Source of the DNA: Minisyncoccota bacterium
Lineage (GTDB): Bacteria > Patescibacteriota > Minisyncoccia > UBA6257 > 2-01-FULL-56-20
NCBI GenBank assembly: GCA_035541435.1
Contig: DATKNL010000012.1
Coordinates: 6,498 to 70,497 of the forward strand
Direction: 5' to 3'
DNA: 64,000 nucleotides
Positions 17,893-30,303 of the stretch are shown piece after piece (within the stretch, counting starts at the first letter, position 1; each line of letters starts with the position of its first letter). The position numbers and the translations under genes were made by a program. Below the pieces are notes generated by a model. The model was not told the origin of the DNA. It worked only from the letters and a program-made list of their open reading frames with translations, and searched no databases.

Positions 17893-20424
17893 TTAGCCCT
17901 TCTTCTTGCCGGCAATCGAGCCCTTGTTCGCCTTGGCGTTCTGCCCTTCGATGGAATGTCCGCCGAACCGGTTGCGCAGCGCGGAAACCACCTTGCCGGT
18001 ATAGCTCGGGTTGTTCTTCGACTTAACGCGGAAGCGGAACGCGTCCTCGATCACGGGCAGCTTCATCTTGATCTTCTTCGCGCTCCTGATCGTCCATTCC
18101 CCTTCGCCCGTATAGGCGACCGAACCGGAAACCGCCTTGAGGTCGGTCCCATAGTCGTTGAACGCGCTCTCGAGCCATCCCACGAGCCGCGACTCGATCA
18201 CGCTGCCGTGATTGTAGACGTTCGCGATCTTCTTCAGATCAAGCTTGAAGGGCGATTTCTTCATGAGACCGAACCCTTCGGCGATCGCCTGCATCATGCC
18301 GTATTCGATGCCGTTATGGACCATCTTCACATAGTGGCCTGAGCCCGCCGCGCCGAAATGGGAGTAGCCGCCGGGAACGGACAGGTCCCTGAACAGCGGC
18401 TCGAGTTTCTCAAACAGCTTCCCGTCGCCGCCGATCATGAGCGAACCGCCGTTGCGCGCGCCGGACGGGCCGCCGGAGAAGCCGACATCCATGAAGCCGA
18501 TCCCCTTCTTCGCGAGGAGCTTCGCGCGACGCATCGTGTCCTCATAATAGGAATTCGCCCCGTCGATCACGACGTCCCCTTTGCGCAGGAACTTCACCAA
18601 GCCGTCGGACGGCTGCGTGCCGCGGCCGCCCTTCGAACCGAAGAGGAACTCGTCGATGCCCGGTCCCGCCGTGATCATCATCCAGATGACGCGCGGGGCT
18701 CCGAGCTTGTCCGCGAGGTCCTTCGCCCCGACGGCGCCCTCGAACCCTTCCTGCTGCATCGCCTCGACGGGAGCCGCCGAGCGGTTCGAAACCACGACGT
18801 GCCACCCCTTGTCGCGGAGCTGGCGGGCGACGTTGCCGCCCATCTTGCCGAGGCCATACACGCCGATTTCCTTCTTCACGCCTGCGTCAACGCGCGGACC
18901 GTCAACCAGCGCGGCGGCTTCGCGGGTGACCGTCGAATTGTCCGGAACATAATGTGCGAGCGGCACGAGGCCCTTCGCCCATCCCCGCTCGATCGGATCG
19001 ACGAAGCGCCACATGGCGGCGATCTCATCGCTCGAGATGAAGAGCGTCTGGTCGCCGTTCACGCAGTCAAGCAGCAGCTTCTCGTACTCCTCGGTATATT
19101 GCGACTCGTGGCCGCCGTTCCGCAGCTGGAATTCGAACGTTCGCTCCTCGACTTCCATGGCGAACCCGGGCTTCTTCGACCAGAACCTGATCGTGATGCC
19201 TTCGTTCGGATCCTGCCTGAAGATGATCGAATCGCGGTAATGCCGGCCGCCGGGCGGGCAGAGGCACGGCTGCGGATGGCTGAGCAGCACCTCGATCTCG
19301 GTGACTTCCTTGTGCTCGTTCGGATCGATGAGGCGCTTGCCGGCCTCCATGACGAACTTCACGCCCTCCCACCGCGGATGCGCGATCGAAAAACGCGCGC
19401 GGAAATAGGTTTCGGTCTCGGAATTCGGCATCACGCCCTTCACGGACTGATAGCCCTCGTATTGGCCGCGGAACGTCTGCTTGGCCACCTCGTCGGGCGT
19501 CATCGGCCTGAGGGCCTTGAGGATCTCGGTGCGGCGGGCGCGGACCTCGTCGGCGTTCAGGCTGCGCGGCTGCCCCATGGTGACGAGGGCGACCATCTGC
19601 AGCAGATGGTTCTGGCCCACGTCGCGCAGGGCGCCGAGCGGATCATAGAACGGGCCGCGGTCCTCGACGCCGACGTTCTCGAGTTCGCGCACATAGATCG
19701 TGTCGATCATCTCTTTGCCCCATGCATTCTCGAAGAGGTTGTTATAGAAGCGGAAAGCGAGGATGTTCTGGAAGGTCTCCTTCGCCAGATAATGGTCGAT
19801 GCGATAGATCTGGTCCTCTTTGAAGATCTTCGAGAGCTTGGCGTCGAGCGCCTTGGCGCTCTTTTCGTCGCGTCCGAACGGCTTCTCGATGATGATGCGC
19901 GTCCATCCCTGCCGGCCCTCGTTCACGGTCTTCTCGTCGACGGACCCGGCCGGAAAATGCTGAACGGGGACCGCACATTCCTCGTGAAGGCCCGCGCGCT
20001 TCATGTTGTCCATGATCTCGGCGTAGAACTGCGGAGGGACCGAGAGATAGAACAGCTTGTTCGCGCACATGCCGCGCTCGTTGTCGATGCGCTCGAGCTC
20101 GTTCTTGAGCGCCACATAGTCGCCATGATTCTCGAACATCACCTTGTGGTAGACCGCGAGGTTGAGGAACGCTTCGACGCTCTCGCGGCGCGCGTTCGGA
20201 ACCTTCACGCTCAAAATCGCCTCGATGTGGCGGCGGAGGTCCTCGTCATGCCAGTCGCGGCGAGAGATGCCGATCAGTTTGAAATTCTCAGGGAGGCGCT
20301 TCTCTTCGAAAAGATGAAAGAGGGCGGGAGCGATCTTCTTGGTCATCAGGTCCCCGGTCGCACCGAGAACGATGAAAACGGTCGGAACCGACGGTTTGCG
20401 GATGGTAATTTTTGGCGTAGGCAT
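17893..20424 (-). CDS. zwf: Fusion protein: glucose-6-phosphate dehydrogenase (N) + NAD(P)-binding 6-phosphogluconate dehydrogenase-like domain (C)
   Basis: N-terminal LGATGDL, RIDHYLAKE, and the Zwf C-domain. The C-terminal ~300 aa reads GVYGLGKMGGNVARQL...HNGIEYGMMQAIAEG (Gnd-like). Confidence 0.8.
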   Translation of the reverse strand: MPTPKITIRKPSVPTVFIVLGATGDLMTKKIAPALFHLFEEKRLPENFKLIGISRRDWHDEDLRRHIEAILSVKVPNARRESVEAFLNLAVYHKVMFENHGDYVALKNELERIDNERGMCANKLFYLSVPPQFYAEIMDNMKRAGLHEECAVPVQHFPAGSVDEKTVNEGRQGWTRIIIEKPFGRDEKSAKALDAKLSKIFKEDQIYRIDHYLAKETFQNILAFRFYNNLFENAWGKEMIDTIYVRELENVGVEDRGPFYDPLGALRDVGQNHLLQMVALVTMGQPRSLNADEVRARRTEILKALRPMTPDEVAKQTFRGQYEGYQSVKGVMPNSETETYFRARFSIAHPRWEGVKFVMEAGKRLIDPNEHKEVTEIEVLLSHPQPCLCPPGGRHYRDSIIFRQDPNEGITIRFWSKKPGFAMEVEERTFEFQLRNGGHESQYTEEYEKLLLDCVNGDQTLFISSDEIAAMWRFVDPIERGWAKGLVPLAHYVPDNSTVTREAAALVDGPRVDAGVKKEIGVYGLGKMGGNVARQLRDKGWHVVVSNRSAAPVEAMQQEGFEGAVGAKDLADKLGAPRVIWMMITAGPGIDEFLFGSKGGRGTQPSDGLVKFLRKGDVVIDGANSYYEDTMRRAKLLAKKGIGFMDVGFSGGPSGARNGGSLMIGGDGKLFEKLEPLFRDLSVPGGYSHFGAAGSGHYVKMVHNGIEYGMMQAIAEGFGLMKKSPFKLDLKKIANVYNHGSVIESRLVGWLESAFNDYGTDLKAVSGSVAYTGEGEWTIRSAKKIKMKLPVIEDAFRFRVKSKNNPSYTGKVVSALRNRFGGHSIEGQNAKANKGSIAGKKKG

Positions 20425-20450
20425 ATGCCTTCATCATACCACACGCCCGC

Positions 20451-21131
20451 TCAGTCATCGGCATCGTCGATCTTGTAGCCGTACCCATGAACCGTCTTCA
20501 GAAGCTTCTTCTTGTGCCCGTCGTCGATCTTCGCGCGCAAAAACCTGATATGGACATCGACGGTATTCGTGAACGGATCGACGTTCATGTCCCAGACGTG
20601 TTCGAGAATCATGGCACGGGTGAGCGTCGTCCCCTTGTGCCGCATGAGGTATTCGAGCAGCGCGAACTCTTTCTTGTTGAGCTTGATCTGCCGTCCGCCG
20701 CGCGCGACCTCGTGCCGCGCCGTGTCCATCACGAGATCGCCGACCTGGATCAGCGTGCCGATCAGCGTCTTCTCGCGGCGCAGCAGGGCGCGGACGCGGG
20801 CGGCGAGCTCGACGGACGAGAACGGCTTCGTGAGGTAATCGTCGGCGCCGAGGTTGAGCGCATCGACTTTCGTGGCGAGGTCGGCGACCACGGAAAGGAT
20901 GATGATCGGGAACGTGAGCCCCCGGTCGCGGGCGGCCTTGCAGACCTCGAGGCCGTTGCCGCCCTGCCCGAGGTTGATATCGATCACGCCGACGTCATAG
21001 GGGTTCGTCTTCGCCCAAAAGATCGCCTTGTCGGCAAATTCGGTGTGGTCGGCCGCAATCCGTTCGGATTTCAACGCCGAAAGGACGACCTCTGCCATCT
21101 TTATATCGTCTTCGACAACAAGAGCCCGCAT
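20451..21131 (-). CDS. Response regulator, OmpR/PhoB family
   Basis: Receiver domain (VVEDD, D56-like VIDINL, ATKVDAL) plus a winged-helix trans_reg_C. Confidence 0.85.
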   Translation of the reverse strand: MRALVVEDDIKMAEVVLSALKSERIAADHTEFADKAIFWAKTNPYDVGVIDINLGQGGNGLEVCKAARDRGLTFPIIILSVVADLATKVDALNLGADDYLTKPFSSVELAARVRALLRREKTLIGTLIQVGDLVMDTARHEVARGGRQIKLNKKEFALLEYLMRHKGTTLTRAMILEHVWDMNVDPFTNTVDVHIRFLRAKIDDGHKKKLLKTVHGYGYKIDDADD

Positions 21132-21167
21132 ATCCCCATAATAGCAGGCCGTGGATTAAAAATTTAT

Positions 21168-21200
21168 TAAAAAATCAGGCCCGAAAAGGCCTGATTTTTC
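21168..21200 (-). terminator. Intrinsic terminator after FKBP gene (bidirectional hairpin)
   Basis: ATCAGGCC-CGAAAA-GGCCTGAT flanked by A and T runs. Confidence 0.7.
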
Positions 21201-21201
21201 G

Positions 21202-21741
21202 CTATTTTCCGGTGCTCGATGAGACCGAGAGCAGCTTCACCGTGAAGTGCAGGGTCGAGTTCGGCGGGATCGTGCCGATGCCCTGGCTGCCATAGGCCAG
21301 TTCCGGCGGAATCGTGAGTTCGCGGGTGCCGCCGACCTTCATATTAAGGAGGCCGAGATCCCATCCCTGGATCACCTGGCCGGCCCCGAGCGTGAACGAA
21401 AGCGGCTGGTTGCCGTGAAGCGACGACGCGTCGAAGACGGTGCCGTCGTCGAGCTTGCCCGTATAAAGGACGTTCACGGTGTCCCCGGCCTGCGCGGCGG
21501 CTCCGGTGCCGACGACCGTATCGGTTATTTTGAGATTCTGCATGGCTTGTGTTTGGGTTTGTTGCGCTGCCGCTCCCTGGTCGACGAGAGCCGACTGACT
21601 CTCGGTCGAAATCCGATCGCTGTACCACGTTCCGAAGCCGATCAGGCCGGCGGCGACGGCTACGAAAACGACGACAAGAATGGTTCGTTTCATGCGATTC
21701 AGTCTATCATCAAAATTATTCCGACGCCAGAAAACCCGCAA
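21202..21741 (-). CDS. FKBP-type peptidyl-prolyl cis-trans isomerase, secreted/membrane-anchored
   Basis: [29 protein letters not shown]. Confidence 0.85.
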   Translation of the reverse strand: MRVFWRRNNFDDRLNRMKRTILVVVFVAVAAGLIGFGTWYSDRISTESQSALVDQGAAAQQTQTQAMQNLKITDTVVGTGAAAQAGDTVNVLYTGKLDDGTVFDASSLHGNQPLSFTLGAGQVIQGWDLGLLNMKVGGTRELTIPPELAYGSQGIGTIPPNSTLHFTVKLLSVSSSTGK

Positions 21742-21754
21742 GCCCTTCCTTATA

Positions 21755-22084
21755 TCAGAGGATCTTGGAACCGGGCGGGACGTCCTTCCCGGGTCCGAGC
21801 AGGATCGGCGCGCCGTCCTCGCCGTGGGCGGCGAGCAGCATGCCGCGGCTCTCGAGTCCCATCATCTTCCGGGGCTCGAGGTTCGCGATGATCACCACGT
21901 TCTTCCCGACGAGGTCATCGGGACCGTAATGCTTTGCGATGCCCGAAAGGATCTGCCGGGCCCCTTCGTCGGGCATGCCGAGATCCACGCTCAGCTTCAG
22001 GAGCTTTTCGGATCCCTCAACCGGTTCGGCGGCGAGGATCCTGCCCACCCGAAGGTCGGCCTGCTGGAATTCGTCGAGGGTCAT
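21755..22084 (-). CDS. tRNA-binding domain protein (CsaA/Trbp111-like OB fold)
   Basis: [27 protein letters not shown]...[27 protein letters not shown]; start at MTLDEFQQ (22084). Confidence 0.75.
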   Translation of the reverse strand: MTLDEFQQADLRVGRILAAEPVEGSEKLLKLSVDLGMPDEGARQILSGIAKHYGPDDLVGKNVVIIANLEPRKMMGLESRGMLLAAHGEDGAPILLGPGKDVPPGSKIL

Positions 22085-22092
22085 ATGGGCTA

Positions 22093-23115
22093 TTATAGCC
22101 TCAGCCCGCGGACAACGCCATTCTTTCGCGTGCCGCCGCCTCCGCCTCCGCCACGCTCGCTGCTTGTCGAAGCGCCTTCGACGCTGCCGCCGTGCGCCGG
22201 CATGATCATGATGGTCGTGCTTGCCGATGCCGATACGGTCCCGCTCGCTTCGGCCGCACTCCCGCTGCCCCCGCAACGGCTTTCGAAGCGGTCCAGAAGC
22301 TCTGGATTCCGAATGAGTTCCGCGCGGGCTTCGGACGAATCCTTGAAGAGGGCGAACATCGTCCGGCATACCGTCGAGGACGGTTCTCCGTTCGGCACGT
22401 GGAATGACGGCGTCGCCACGGCCGTTCCAGTGGGGGCGGCCTGCCCCTCATAGGACGGCATGGTCGATGTCGCCGTCACCGCGGCATTCTGGCGGCCATG
22501 GTTGCCATGCGGCCGTCCACCCTCATTCGAAGACGAGGCATTCGTTGACGAACCGACGGTTCCCGGCAGGACGGGCGCGCTCATGGTCGCCGCGCCGTTA
22601 ACGCCGGCCGCGCCCGAAGCCCCTGACGGGCCGCTTCCTTCATGATCGCCCCGCGAAACCGGGGCCACGGCGGCAAGGGAGCTGCTCACGGCGTCATCAA
22701 AATCGACGGCGAGGCCGCTGATCAGGCTGCTTGTCGGCTTGCGCGTGGAAAGGTCGGCGATCTCGTTCGCGCGCCGCGCGGCGAGGGTTGCTTCGAACTG
22801 AGCCTGCCCGTTCGTCGGCGTAAGGGCGAGACGCACGCCTTCGCTCCATCGCTTCAAGGGGTACAGCGGGCTGTCGGCCGACACATTGGCCGCATCGGCA
22901 TACGCCGCGACGCTCACCATGAAGATGGCGCCCGCAAGGACGGCCGTCGCGGCCCTCATCCATCCGGGAAGCCCGTGCGCCGCCGCCCGTTCGGGACGGG
23001 TGCCGAACCGCGCGTCGAAGGCGGCCAGGAACCGCTCCTTGCCCCGCCGGACGAAGGCCTCATCGGGCCGCGCCGTTCCAGATCTGAATTTTTTTAAAAA
23101 ATGTCTGTCAGTCAT
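22093..23115 (-). CDS. Putative anti-sigma factor / DUF5667-like membrane protein with Ser/Gly-rich C-terminus
   Basis: It overlaps the upstream sigma gene by 8 nt and has a single TM (AATAVLAGAIFMVSVAAYA). Confidence 0.45.
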   Translation of the reverse strand: MTDRHFLKKFRSGTARPDEAFVRRGKERFLAAFDARFGTRPERAAAHGLPGWMRAATAVLAGAIFMVSVAAYADAANVSADSPLYPLKRWSEGVRLALTPTNGQAQFEATLAARRANEIADLSTRKPTSSLISGLAVDFDDAVSSSLAAVAPVSRGDHEGSGPSGASGAAGVNGAATMSAPVLPGTVGSSTNASSSNEGGRPHGNHGRQNAAVTATSTMPSYEGQAAPTGTAVATPSFHVPNGEPSSTVCRTMFALFKDSSEARAELIRNPELLDRFESRCGGSGSAAEASGTVSASASTTIMIMPAHGGSVEGASTSSERGGGGGGGTRKNGVVRGLRL

Positions 23116-23662
23116 CGAATTCTCGCTTTATCTTTTCCTTTACGCGAAGTACGGCGACGCGGAGCGATCCTTCCGAACGTGCGAGCATGACGGCGATGTC
23201 CTTATAGGGCATCTCGGCCAGGTAGCGCAATTCGAAGAGCTGCTGCTCCTCGTCGGTCAGGGTCTTCAGGAAGACCTTGACCTTCTCATATTGCAGCTTG
23301 GCGTCAAAATCCGGGAACTCGGCGGTCGCCATCGAGGCGACGGTGTCCTCTTCGAAGCTCGAGAACGGCGTCTCTTTCTTCTCGCGGTAGTGGTCGATGA
23401 GCGCGTGGCGCACCATCTGCCAGAACCACACGGTGAAGCGGCCGCGCTTCTCGTCGAAGCTCGCGATCTTCTCGACGAGCTTCACGAAGATGTCCTGAGA
23501 AAGGTCCTCCGCGATCTCGCGCTTGCCGGTCCTCGCGAAGAGGAATCCGAAGACTTTGGGAAGGAGGTCGTCATAGAGCTCCGAAGCGGCTCGGCGGTCC
23601 CCTTTCTTCATCTTGAGCGCGAGGCCGGTCAGCCGGTCCCCTTTCAGCATGTTGAGTTCCAT
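23108..23662 (-). CDS. RNA polymerase sigma factor, sigma-70/ECF-like
   Basis: LSQDIFVKLVEKIASFD...RYLAEMPYKDIAVMLARSEGSLRVAVLR. Confidence 0.75.
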   Translation of the reverse strand: MELNMLKGDRLTGLALKMKKGDRRAASELYDDLLPKVFGFLFARTGKREIAEDLSQDIFVKLVEKIASFDEKRGRFTVWFWQMVRHALIDHYREKKETPFSSFEEDTVASMATAEFPDFDAKLQYEKVKVFLKTLTDEEQQLFELRYLAEMPYKDIAVMLARSEGSLRVAVLRVKEKIKREFDD

Positions 23663-23932
23663 TGGGAGATACGTTCAGTCCTGGTTTTTGTTACGACGGT
23701 ATCCGTGGCCCCTCCGGTCCGATGTTCATATAACGCAGTTTCACCGTCCGAGGTTTCATAACCAAGTATAAAAAATCCAGCAAAATCCAGGGTTGTAGCG
23801 CCTCCCCGAAAAACGAAAAGGCTGGATCGATTGCAGGCCCCGAAAAACCGAGGGCGCGAAATTCAGCCTTGGATTCCATCCACACGTTTTCCAGAAATGC
23901 GGCGCCGATGCGGATTTTTTCGCGCGTCTCCA

Positions 23933-26626
<2,694 letters not shown>

Positions 26627-26715
26627 AGGCCCTCATTATACGTCGTTTAAGCCGGTTAGGAAAGGGTCGATCGGGCCGCTGGCGCGACGCCGCGCGGGCG
26701 CGCGACGGACCCGCA

Positions 26716-26745
26716 CAAAAAATCCGGCACCAGAGACGGTGCCGG
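26716..26745 (-). terminator. Intrinsic terminator (perfect 9-bp stem) upstream of secA
   Basis: TCCGGCACC-GTCTCT-GGTGCCGGA followed by TTTTTT on the minus strand. Confidence 0.65.
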
Positions 26746-26778
26746 ACTTCCTAGCCGAACAATCGGACTATTTGCGGC

Positions 26779-26850
26779 GGCTCTTCTTCGCTTTCTTCTT
26801 CGAGCTCTTCTTCGCCGCTTTCTTTTTCTTTGCAGGCATGGTAGCTAGTT
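26779..26850 (-). CDS. Candidate 23-aa lysine-rich micro-protein MPAKKKKAAKKSSKKKAKKSRRK
   Basis: ATG ORF ending 30 nt before the terminator above. It is not in the ORF track (<60 aa) and has no clear SD. Confidence 0.3.
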
Positions 26851-26999
26851 TTTTATTTTGATTAGGTTGCCGACCACCCTAATGCGTTTTCCGAATCAGG
26901 CACACGGCCTCTCCACTCGGAAATTGTCTTACCTTCAGTATATACAAACGGATATTCGCGCCGCTGTGGATAAGTGGCACGGCGCGTCCGCGCGGGAAA

Positions 27000-27335
27000 T
27001 TATTTTCGCGGCGCCCGGCGCGATTCCTCGCGCTTCGTCTTGTACTTTTTGATCTCGAGGCGCAGCATGTCCTTCGCCTGATCGATCGCGGTGCGCACGT
27101 CCTCGGCGTACGCCTCGGCGCGGAGGATCCTGCGCGGCAGCTTGAGGTCCGCCGCGACGAGGAAGACGTCGCCCTTCCGGTGGCGCTTCGTGGTCCGCAC
27201 GATCTCGAGCGAGATCTCGGCCGTGTCGTTCTCGTCGAACGGCTTGATGAACTTCGCGAGCGCCGAGAGCTTCGTGTCGATATAGGTGCCGAGCGACGGG
27301 GTGAAATCGACCGCCTTCCTCACGTGGATGTGCAT
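27000..27335 (-). CDS. hpf: Ribosome hibernation promoting factor / RaiA (short form)
   Basis: MHIHVRKAVDFTPSLGTYIDTKLSALAKF... Confidence 0.85.
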   Translation of the reverse strand: MHIHVRKAVDFTPSLGTYIDTKLSALAKFIKPFDENDTAEISLEIVRTTKRHRKGDVFLVAADLKLPRRILRAEAYAEDVRTAIDQAKDMLRLEIKKYKTKREESRRAPRK

Positions 27336-27342
27336 GATGGTG

Positions 27343-28314
27343 TTAGATGGTTTGGACCTCTTCCTCTAATTGTACCTTAAACCGCCGCCGGACCTCGGCC
27401 TTCGCGAGGTCGATGAGCGCCCGCACGTCGGCCGCCGACGCGTCCATGACGTTCACGATGAAATTCGGATGCTTCGGCGAGATCATCGCGCCGCCGCAGC
27501 TCACGCCGCGCAGTCCCGACTCGCCGACGAGCTTCGCCGCCGAGAGCACGGGAAGCGGATCGGTCTTCACAGTGAAATCCGAACCTTTGAATCGTACGCG
27601 CGCGTGCGCGACCGCGTTAGCGTACGCGCGGCTCCCCTTCGCGTGCACGCGCTCGAGCGGAACGTTCTTGAACGTGCTGCCGATGTTCGGGTAGTCGAGC
27701 GGATGGTTCCTCTCGCGGTACACGATCCGCTCGCTCATGCCGTCCATGATCGCCCTGCGGTCGCCCTTCGCGAGCCGCAGCGTGACGTCGAGCACGATCT
27801 CGCGGCCGTCCTTCTTTTTGAAAACGCTGTCGCGGTAGGCGAACCGGCACGCGGCGCGCGACCGCGTGACGACCTTCATCGTCCTCGTGTCGAGGCTCCG
27901 CACCGAGACGACCGAATCCTTGATCTCGCCGCCGAAGCATCCGGCGTTGCCGCGGATCGCGCCGCCCACCGTTCCCGGAAGGCCGCCCGCCCACTCGAGG
28001 CCGGCGAGCGACTTCTTCATCGCGAACCGCAGGAGGTCGGCCATCGGGACGCCGGCGCCGACGCGGACGGTCGTCCCCTTGGCGGTGAGCGTCATGAGTT
28101 CGGGCTTCACGACCAGGCCGTCGAACCCCCGGTCGCCGATCAAAAGGTTCGTCCCGCCGCCCAGCACGAAAACCTTCATCTTCTGCGCTTTCGCGGCCTT
28201 GATGGCGGCCTTAAGGTCCCGCTCGCTCCTGGCACGAAAAAAGGCCTTTGCAGGCCCGCCGATCCGGTAGTGGCTATAACGGGCCAATATGACGTTGGAT
28301 TGAAACCGGGGCAT
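27343..28314 (-). CDS. murB: UDP-N-acetylenolpyruvoylglucosamine reductase
   Basis: FAD-binding ARYSHYRIGGPAKAF, VLGGGTNLL, and the C-terminal MurB domain. Confidence 0.9.
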   Translation of the reverse strand: MPRFQSNVILARYSHYRIGGPAKAFFRARSERDLKAAIKAAKAQKMKVFVLGGGTNLLIGDRGFDGLVVKPELMTLTAKGTTVRVGAGVPMADLLRFAMKKSLAGLEWAGGLPGTVGGAIRGNAGCFGGEIKDSVVSVRSLDTRTMKVVTRSRAACRFAYRDSVFKKKDGREIVLDVTLRLAKGDRRAIMDGMSERIVYRERNHPLDYPNIGSTFKNVPLERVHAKGSRAYANAVAHARVRFKGSDFTVKTDPLPVLSAAKLVGESGLRGVSCGGAMISPKHPNFIVNVMDASAADVRALIDLAKAEVRRRFKVQLEEEVQTI

Positions 28315-28539
28315 ATATAAAGAGGGGCAGGCAGAGAAAAGCCGCTCCGCCCAAAACGCGACCGTGCACGGGTAATGTGCTGGGCGGAGCGGCTATGGTG
28401 ACCTCCAGTTCTATTTGATGTTGAACGAGTGCTCTCTAGCTGCTCCGCTTATGAGTATACCAGATGGCGGGACGGAACGGGTTCACAGCCGGCCAGTCGG
28501 GCCAGCGGCAGCCCCGGCCGCCCGGTCGGACTTGCGCAA

Positions 28540-28658
28540 TTCGAAAAACCCTGGTATAATGGGTTACGAATGAGTGTGATGCGTTTTGATTACTAATTGA
28601 AGCGCGTCCCATGCAGTTCTATTTGGCAAAAAGACCCCGCAAGGGGCCTTTTTGTTTT
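28540..28658 (+). ncRNA. Candidate small RNA: extended -10 promoter (TGGTATAAT at 28552-28560) to intrinsic terminator (28633-28658)
   Basis: Perfect TGnTATAAT with TTGCGC 17 bp upstream. About 92 nt downstream is GACCCCGCAAGGGGCC plus TTTTTGTTTT. There is no ORF >8 codons, and it sits in an intergenic spacer. Confidence 0.35.
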
Positions 28659-28678
28659 CTACGACCGATCGTCCCGCC

Positions 28679-29431
28679 TTATCGCAACGCGTAGGTGATC
28701 GTCACGTCGTCAGTCACGTCCTGCGAACCAGGCTGGATCGTCGGCACGGACGATTCCGCCACCGCGCCGCCAAATCCCGAAGCGGCATAGTATGGTCGCG
28801 GTGGCGGCGTTCCGCCGCTCTCGACGACATTCACCGGATCGCCGAGCGTCACGCCGGCCTCGCTCGCCATCTCCATCGCCTTGGCTTTCGCCTTCGCGAA
28901 CGCGTCGGCGCGCGCGGGCGCGAGCATCGCGTTCGGATCGTTGAACGTGAAGTTGACGCCGCCGATCTGGTTCACGCCGAGCGGCGCGAGGCCGCCGAGG
29001 ATCGGGGCGACCTTCGTGAGGTCGTGCACCTTGATCGTCACCGTCTGCGTGAGCGTGTAGCCCGTGATGGACTGCCGCCCGGTGTTCGTGTCGTATTTGT
29101 AGTTCGGCTGCAGGTCATAGGCCGTCGTGGCCGTGTCGCTTGCGGCGATCCCCTGCGACGAGACGAACTTGAGCACCGCGTTCATCTTGTCGATGTTGTT
29201 CGCGCTGAGCGCCTGCGGATCGTTCCCCTGCGTGAGGACCGAGAACGAGATCTCCGCGAGGTCGGGCGTCGCCGTCGTCTTTCCCTCGGCGGTCACCGTG
29301 ATCGTCCGCGAGGGCGGATAGGACGCCTTGAAGGATCCGATTGCGGGCAAAGCGAAGAACACCAGTCCGACGATCACGACCACCATGAGCACGTTGAGGA
29401 GGGCCCAGAAATAGAATTTTTGTCGTTCCAT
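28679..29431 (-). CDS. SIMPL-domain (DUF541) periplasmic protein
   Basis: N-terminal TM followed by the SIMPL fold motifs (TITVTAEG...AEISFSV). Confidence 0.8.
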   Translation of the reverse strand: MERQKFYFWALLNVLMVVVIVGLVFFALPAIGSFKASYPPSRTITVTAEGKTTATPDLAEISFSVLTQGNDPQALSANNIDKMNAVLKFVSSQGIAASDTATTAYDLQPNYKYDTNTGRQSITGYTLTQTVTIKVHDLTKVAPILGGLAPLGVNQIGGVNFTFNDPNAMLAPARADAFAKAKAKAMEMASEAGVTLGDPVNVVESGGTPPPRPYYAASGFGGAVAESSVPTIQPGSQDVTDDVTITYALR

Positions 29432-29446
29432 AGGTTTTTGAGGTAA

Positions 29447-30217
29447 TTAGTTATTCGATACTTTCTTCAGCATCTTCCTGAACTCTGCGGCCTTTAGACT
29501 CGCACCACCCACCAGAGCTCCGTCGATCTCCCTTAATTTTACATAATCGGCGATGTTTTTGCCGTTCACCGATCCCCCATAGAGCACGTTCGGCTTCGGA
29601 ACGCCATGAGCCTTTAACAATTTCTTAATCATGAGCGCCATCTCCGCGGCGTCGCTCGGCGTGTCGGAGCGTCCGGTCCCGATCGCCCAGATCGGCTCAT
29701 AGGCGACGATCACGGCATTGCCGCGCAGGAGGTCCTTCGGGACGTTTTGTAAATCTTTCTTTAACTGATTTTTAATATATCGCTCGGCGGCCATCGTCCC
29801 CTTGCGCCGCACGGCGAGCGGCTCGCCCACGCAGAGGATCACCTCGACGCCGTCCCGCAGCGCGAGCCTGATCTTCTTGTTGATCATCGCGTCGGTCTCG
29901 TGCATCCATCCGCGCCGTTCGGAATGGCCAACGATCACGTGATGCACGCCGAGGGATTCGAGCATGCGGGGCCCGATCTCGCTCGTATAGGGACCGCGTT
30001 CCTCCCAGAAGACATCCTGCGCGCCGACCGAAAGGCCACGTTTCGACTTGAGGCGCTTATAGATTTTCGCGATGCCCTCGAGATAGATGAACGGCGGGCA
30101 GATCTCGACCGCGACGCCGTTTTCGCGCCTCATCGAGGCGACTTCCTTGAAGAGCTTGAGGGCATGGGCTTCGGTCTTGGGGTTTTCCTTCCAGTTCGCC
30201 GCGAGGAATTTGCGCAT
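29447..30217 (-). CDS. tpiA: Triosephosphate isomerase
   Basis: ANWKEN, VGAQDV, IVGHSERR, YEPIWAIGTG. Confidence 0.9.
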   Translation of the reverse strand: MRKFLAANWKENPKTEAHALKLFKEVASMRRENGVAVEICPPFIYLEGIAKIYKRLKSKRGLSVGAQDVFWEERGPYTSEIGPRMLESLGVHHVIVGHSERRGWMHETDAMINKKIRLALRDGVEVILCVGEPLAVRRKGTMAAERYIKNQLKKDLQNVPKDLLRGNAVIVAYEPIWAIGTGRSDTPSDAAEMALMIKKLLKAHGVPKPNVLYGGSVNGKNIADYVKLREIDGALVGGASLKAAEFRKMLKKVSNN

Positions 30218-30303
30218 ATGGGAATTCTACCATGGAGCTGCCGGGCAAAAGAAAAGCCGCTCATAGCGGGCTCGTCCGCTGCTCAGCCTCTTGGCTCACT
30301 CAA

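Noticed and set aside
18358-20478. 706-aa + strand ORF
   Set aside because: It is a shadow of the zwf-gnd fusion gene.
28380-28470. Long stem GCCGCTCCGCCC...GGGCGGAGCGGC in the murB upstream region considered as riboswitch or ncRNA
   Set aside because: It has no recognisable riboswitch core motifs. It may be a structured 5'UTR of murB, but there is not enough evidence to call it.
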